Positions 6,631 through 9,543 of a DNA stretch of 9,543 bases are shown in pieces. Under the pieces are notes generated by a model. That model saw nothing but the letters and a program-made list of their open reading frames with translations. It made no database searches and had not been told where the DNA came from. Source of the DNA: Oligoflexales bacterium. GTDB lineage: Bacteria > Bdellovibrionota_B > Oligoflexia > Oligoflexales > CAIYRB01. A program made the translations under genes and the position numbers. The stretch lies in contig JBGSUI010000239.1 of the NCBI GenBank assembly GCA_041736175.1, positions 1 to 9,543 of the forward strand. Reading direction: 5' to 3'. Position 1 is the stretch's first letter. Every line of letters starts with the position of its first letter.

Positions 6631-6663
6631 CGGGCTACCGACCAGCCCCAGGTGCGGGCTACG
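6631..6663 (-). repeat. GTAG-type REP-like hairpin(s)
   Basis: CGGGCTAC occurs twice (6631-6638, 6655-6662); minus strand GTAGCCC-GCACCTG-GGGCT forms a GC hairpin starting with GTAG. Confidence 0.4.
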
Positions 6664-6687
6664 CCCTTTAAGCCGGGGTAGTTGACG
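6661..6687. mobile_element. Orphan IS200/IS605-superfamily-like terminal motif (motif A, copy 2, decayed hairpin)
   Basis: ACGCCCTTTAAGCCGGGGTAGTTGACG; minus strand GTCAACTACCCCGG; 24/27 identical to 973-999. Confidence 0.6.
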
Positions 6688-7020
6688 TGGAAGTTCCTTC
6701 TCCGTAGTTAGGTACTGGCGAAAACAAGCGATAACCTGGTGCAGATCAATCTGCCCACTCCGATGGGCATGCTTTCAGCTTGAGTTTGATGGGCGGGCTG
6801 TCTTCGGACCTAAACCGATAGCTGAGCGTCACGCTTCCTTGCGACTGCTTCCATTGCGGTTTACCCAGCCAAGTTGGTTCGTAAATTCGCTCGAAAACTG
6901 CACCTTTTCGGGTGGGTGAGGCTTCCAGTTTTTTTGGTCAACCCATTGATTGACTTCATTTCCAAACTCGGCACTATGTATGCTTTTTATACGAACAGGT
7001 TTACCAGCATCTGTAACATC
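6688..7020 (-). pseudogene. Possible decayed gene fragment of unknown family
   Basis: Start-less open frame DVTDAGKPVRIKSIHSAEFGNEVNQWVDQK; a shift at the A7 run (6929-6935) continues as KLEASPTRKGAVFERIYEPTWLGKPQWKQSQGSVTLSYRFRSEDSPPIKLKLKACPSEWAD*SAPGYRLFSPVPNYGEGTS; no family recognised. Confidence 0.3.
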
Positions 7021-7040
7021 TTGGTGTCCAGCAGAAAGAT
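7021..7040. repeat. 20-bp dispersed direct repeat (motif B, copy 2)
   Basis: TTGGTGTCCAGCAGAAAGAT; 19/20 identical to 3881-3900. Confidence 0.85.
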
Positions 7041-7108
7041 TTTACGCCTATGGGAGTGATAGTAAGGGAGACGGGCTTCAGTACCGTATGATAGACTAGA
7101 CGATATCA

Positions 7109-7137
7109 TTGAAAAAGCGACTTATTTATACTACGAT
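7109..7137 (+). promoter_or_regulatory. Candidate sigma70 promoter of ATPase 2
   Basis: TTGAAA (7109-7114)-17 bp-TACGAT (7132-7137). Confidence 0.45.
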
Positions 7138-7185
7138 TAGATCAAGTGTTTTGTGGTGAATTACGACGAGGATATGCCTTATATC

Positions 7186-8409
7186 ATGATAAATCAGGAT
7201 CTTATAGATGTTCATGGAATCATTACGGCCAGCACTCCAAGATCTTATTCTCGCCTGGGAGTGGTTCCCGTAGACTGGAGCGCCCCAGTCATTGGGCTTA
7301 CGGGGGCGCGTGGGGTCGGCAAAACCACGGTCCTTTTGCAAAAATATTGGGAGCTTTATGGTAGCCATCAACAGTGCCTCTATATTTCGTCCGATCATGT
7401 GCAAGTGGCAGCGACAGGGATCTACAAGATTGGTCGCGAGCACTTTAAATCAGGTGGCGAGGCCATCATCATTGACGAGGTCCATCGTGCAGCTGATTGG
7501 TCTGCAGAAGTCAAAAGTCTGATCGATAGCAGTCCTGGCAAGGTCATTTGGTTGAGTGGCAGCTCATCGGCAGCTCTAGCAAAAGATGGTGCAGATCTCT
7601 CCCGTCGTATCGTCTGGTATGACCTGCCGGGGCTCTCCTTTCGCGAGTACTTGCTGCTCAATGGTCGTCCTGATGTGCCTCTGGTCACTCTGGGCGAACT
7701 AGAGCATAACCATGTGGCCATAGCCCGTGGTTTGACTGAAAAGGGTCCGCTCCTTGGAGCCTTTCGCAACTACCTTAAGTACGGACACTATCCATTTTTT
7801 CTGCAAGGTCTAGGCACCTATCACCAGCGGCTGCAAAATATCATCGACAAGGTGGTGAGCGAAGACCTACCCTCTTTGTTTAATATCACTGCAGCTAAAG
7901 TGACTGTCCTCAAGAAAATTCTCTGGGCAGTCGCTTCCTCTGAGCCTTTCCAATTAAACATCGAGGGTCTCAGCCGTGATCTTGGAATCGCAAAGACGTC
8001 GTTGTACTCCTTTCTCGAATGCCTCGAACAGGGAAGGCTTTTGCAGTTTGTGGCTAGGTCCGGCACGGGGCTAAAATCCGTGAGAAAACCCGAAAAAGTT
8101 TACCTAGACAACACCAATCTGCTCGCTGCGATCACGGCACCTCACCGCGTAGAACCATCCATAGGCAGCGTCCGTGAGACTTTTTTGTGTGCCAGTCTGC
8201 GGCCCCACCATGCAGTCAAATCCCTGGGTGATGTGGATTTTCTTGCGGATGAACATTGGGCGATTGAAGTGGGTGAACCACGGAAGGATAACCGGCAGTT
8301 AACAAAGACACGGGCGGTCAATGAAGGGCAAAACCTTTTGGCAATCGATGGAATCGAAACAGGTTCAGGCAATCGAATCCCCTTACACTTGTTTGGGTTG
8401 ACGAGGTAG
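7186..8409 (+). CDS. AAA_14-family ATP-binding protein with DUF4143-like C-terminal region (paralogue of 5250-6461)
   Basis: Walker A GARGVGKT; Walker B IIIDEVH; shares CLYIS.DHV, VKSLIDS, DLSRR and GLSRDLGIAK with ATPase 1; KPEKVYLDNTNL; IPLHLFG. Start uncertain (7153 GTG, 7174 ATG or 7186 ATG); 7186 chosen by alignment to ATPase 1. Confidence 0.92.
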   Translation: MINQDLIDVHGIITASTPRSYSRLGVVPVDWSAPVIGLTGARGVGKTTVLLQKYWELYGSHQQCLYISSDHVQVAATGIYKIGREHFKSGGEAIIIDEVHRAADWSAEVKSLIDSSPGKVIWLSGSSSAALAKDGADLSRRIVWYDLPGLSFREYLLLNGRPDVPLVTLGELEHNHVAIARGLTEKGPLLGAFRNYLKYGHYPFFLQGLGTYHQRLQNIIDKVVSEDLPSLFNITAAKVTVLKKILWAVASSEPFQLNIEGLSRDLGIAKTSLYSFLECLEQGRLLQFVARSGTGLKSVRKPEKVYLDNTNLLAAITAPHRVEPSIGSVRETFLCASLRPHHAVKSLGDVDFLADEHWAIEVGEPRKDNRQLTKTRAVNEGQNLLAIDGIETGSGNRIPLHLFGLTR

Positions 8410-8459
8410 CTCGACAAAAACAACCTCTTGTTATATCGTATTTATGTCAGAAAAGGGGG
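8370..8459 (+). repeat. About 90-bp direct repeat (intact copy) containing the candidate ATPase 3 promoter
   Basis: Partner of 6505-6599; TCGACA (8411-8416)-17 bp-TATCGT (8434-8439); AAAAGGGGG directly before TTG 8460. Confidence 0.9.
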
Positions 8460-9425
8460 TTGTTTTTGCAGAGAAAAATTGTAACTAGCCTATACGAATG
8501 GTTTAAATCCGATACACGTAAACCATTGGTCATGCAAGGAGCCCGACAGGTTGGCAAGTCGACATCGGTGCGAATGTTTGCCAAAGAAAACAACCTCAAT
8601 CTCTTTGAAGTCAATTTAGAAAAATACTCTGAACTCGATCATGTGTTTGCCACACTTAAGATCGACAATATTCTGCGACAGATTGAGGGTGTCCTGAAGC
8701 GCCCGCTTCCAGAAGATTCCTCATCCTTGCTCTTTTTAGATGAGATTCAAGCGACTCCCCATGCTTTGGCAGCATTGCGGTATTTTTATGAGGAGACACC
8801 TAACCTCCCGGTTATTGCCGCTGGGTCCTTGTTGGATTTTGTGCTAGCCGACCATGAATTTTCTATGCCAGTCGGACGAATCGAATACCTCCAGGTTTTT
8901 CCCATGTCTTTTGACGAGTTTTTGCTGGCTCGGGAAGAGCACTGGCTGCGAGAGCAGTTAATCACCTATAAGATTGGATCGACCTGGCCTATCGCCACCC
9001 ACGACCAGCTTTCCCTGCTATTGCGGGACTACATGATCACTGGAGGAATGCCTGAAGTTGTTGCCCAAAGGATCAAGAATTCGAAATCACTCAAGTGGCA
9101 ACAAATCCAGGAAAATATCATTCAGACCTTTCAAGATGATTTTGCAAAATATGCCAAGAAGCACCGGGTCGGCGTGCTACGTCAGATTTTTGATCGCCTT
9201 CCCCAACAGATTGGCAGGAAGGTAAAATATTCCTATTTGGCTCCAAATGAGAGAGCAGAACATGTAAGAGACTCTATCCTCCTACTTGATAAGGCGCGGA
9301 TCCTTTTGCGGACTTTTCATACGGACGCATCTGGAATCCCCCTGAAAGCTCAAAAGGACGAGAACACATTTAAATGTTTTATGCTCGATGTAGGGCTCTA
9401 TAACTTAGATCTTGCAAAGAATTGA
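8460..9425 (+). CDS. AAA_14/DUF4143-family ATP-binding protein, C-terminally truncated (probable pseudogene)
   Basis: RKPLVMQGARQVGKS, LFLDEIQ, IAAGSLL, PVGR, PMSFDEFL, TGGMPEV; stops 6 aa after FKCFMLDVGLYN and lacks the EVDF...EVK region. Confidence 0.85.
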   Translation: MFLQRKIVTSLYEWFKSDTRKPLVMQGARQVGKSTSVRMFAKENNLNLFEVNLEKYSELDHVFATLKIDNILRQIEGVLKRPLPEDSSSLLFLDEIQATPHALAALRYFYEETPNLPVIAAGSLLDFVLADHEFSMPVGRIEYLQVFPMSFDEFLLAREEHWLREQLITYKIGSTWPIATHDQLSLLLRDYMITGGMPEVVAQRIKNSKSLKWQQIQENIIQTFQDDFAKYAKKHRVGVLRQIFDRLPQQIGRKVKYSYLAPNERAEHVRDSILLLDKARILLRTFHTDASGIPLKAQKDENTFKCFMLDVGLYNLDLAKN

Positions 9426-9543
9426 ACAAAAAGGATCAAAAAACAAAGTTTTCTAGCATAAATTAATATATAAAAGCCCTACAATGGCGTCCGACAACCA
9501 CTAAATCTCGATACAATACTATGCCGCAGATTTTTTGAATATG

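Noticed and set aside
4157..8423. Small ORFs overlapping TA2 and the ATPases, and 6874-7059 (+)
   Set aside because: They overlap confident genes or lack an RBS and motifs; 6874-7059 starts at TTG and runs through motif B.
1..9543. CRISPR array, integron attC array, tRNA/rRNA, transposase or integrase
   Set aside because: Dispersed repeats occur only in pairs kilobases apart; I saw no regular repeat-spacer pattern, no convincing RYYYAAC...GTTRRRY hairpins, no cloverleaf and no recombinase ORF.

Overview
Bacterial accessory region, possibly Bdellovibrionota/Oligoflexia-like (an impression from gene style, not verified). Left to right: (1) a Phd/YefM-VapC toxin-antitoxin pair on the minus strand; (2) a minus-strand three-gene envelope operon encoding a tandem di-haem c-type cytochrome with a Pro-rich linker, a Cyc2-like monohaem cytochrome-porin fusion and a YceI protein; (3) a second TA pair with the PIN toxin first; (4) three plus-strand AAA_14/DUF4143-type ATPases, the last truncated. 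The intergenic DNA is highly structured. Two short motifs alternate: A, an IS200/IS605-end-like hairpin ending GTTGAC (973-999, 6661-6687), and B, the 20-mer TTRGTGTCCAGCAGAAAGAT (3881-3900, 7021-7040). In the order A-B-A-B they separate the TA/ATPase blocks from the other content. There are also decayed copies of an ATPase promoter plus 5' end (3919-4118 vs 5098-5296) and of an ATPase 3' end plus the next promoter (6505-6599 vs 8370-8459). No transposase or integrase is present. The best candidates for novelty are this modular motif-bounded architecture and the porin-cytochrome-YceI operon.
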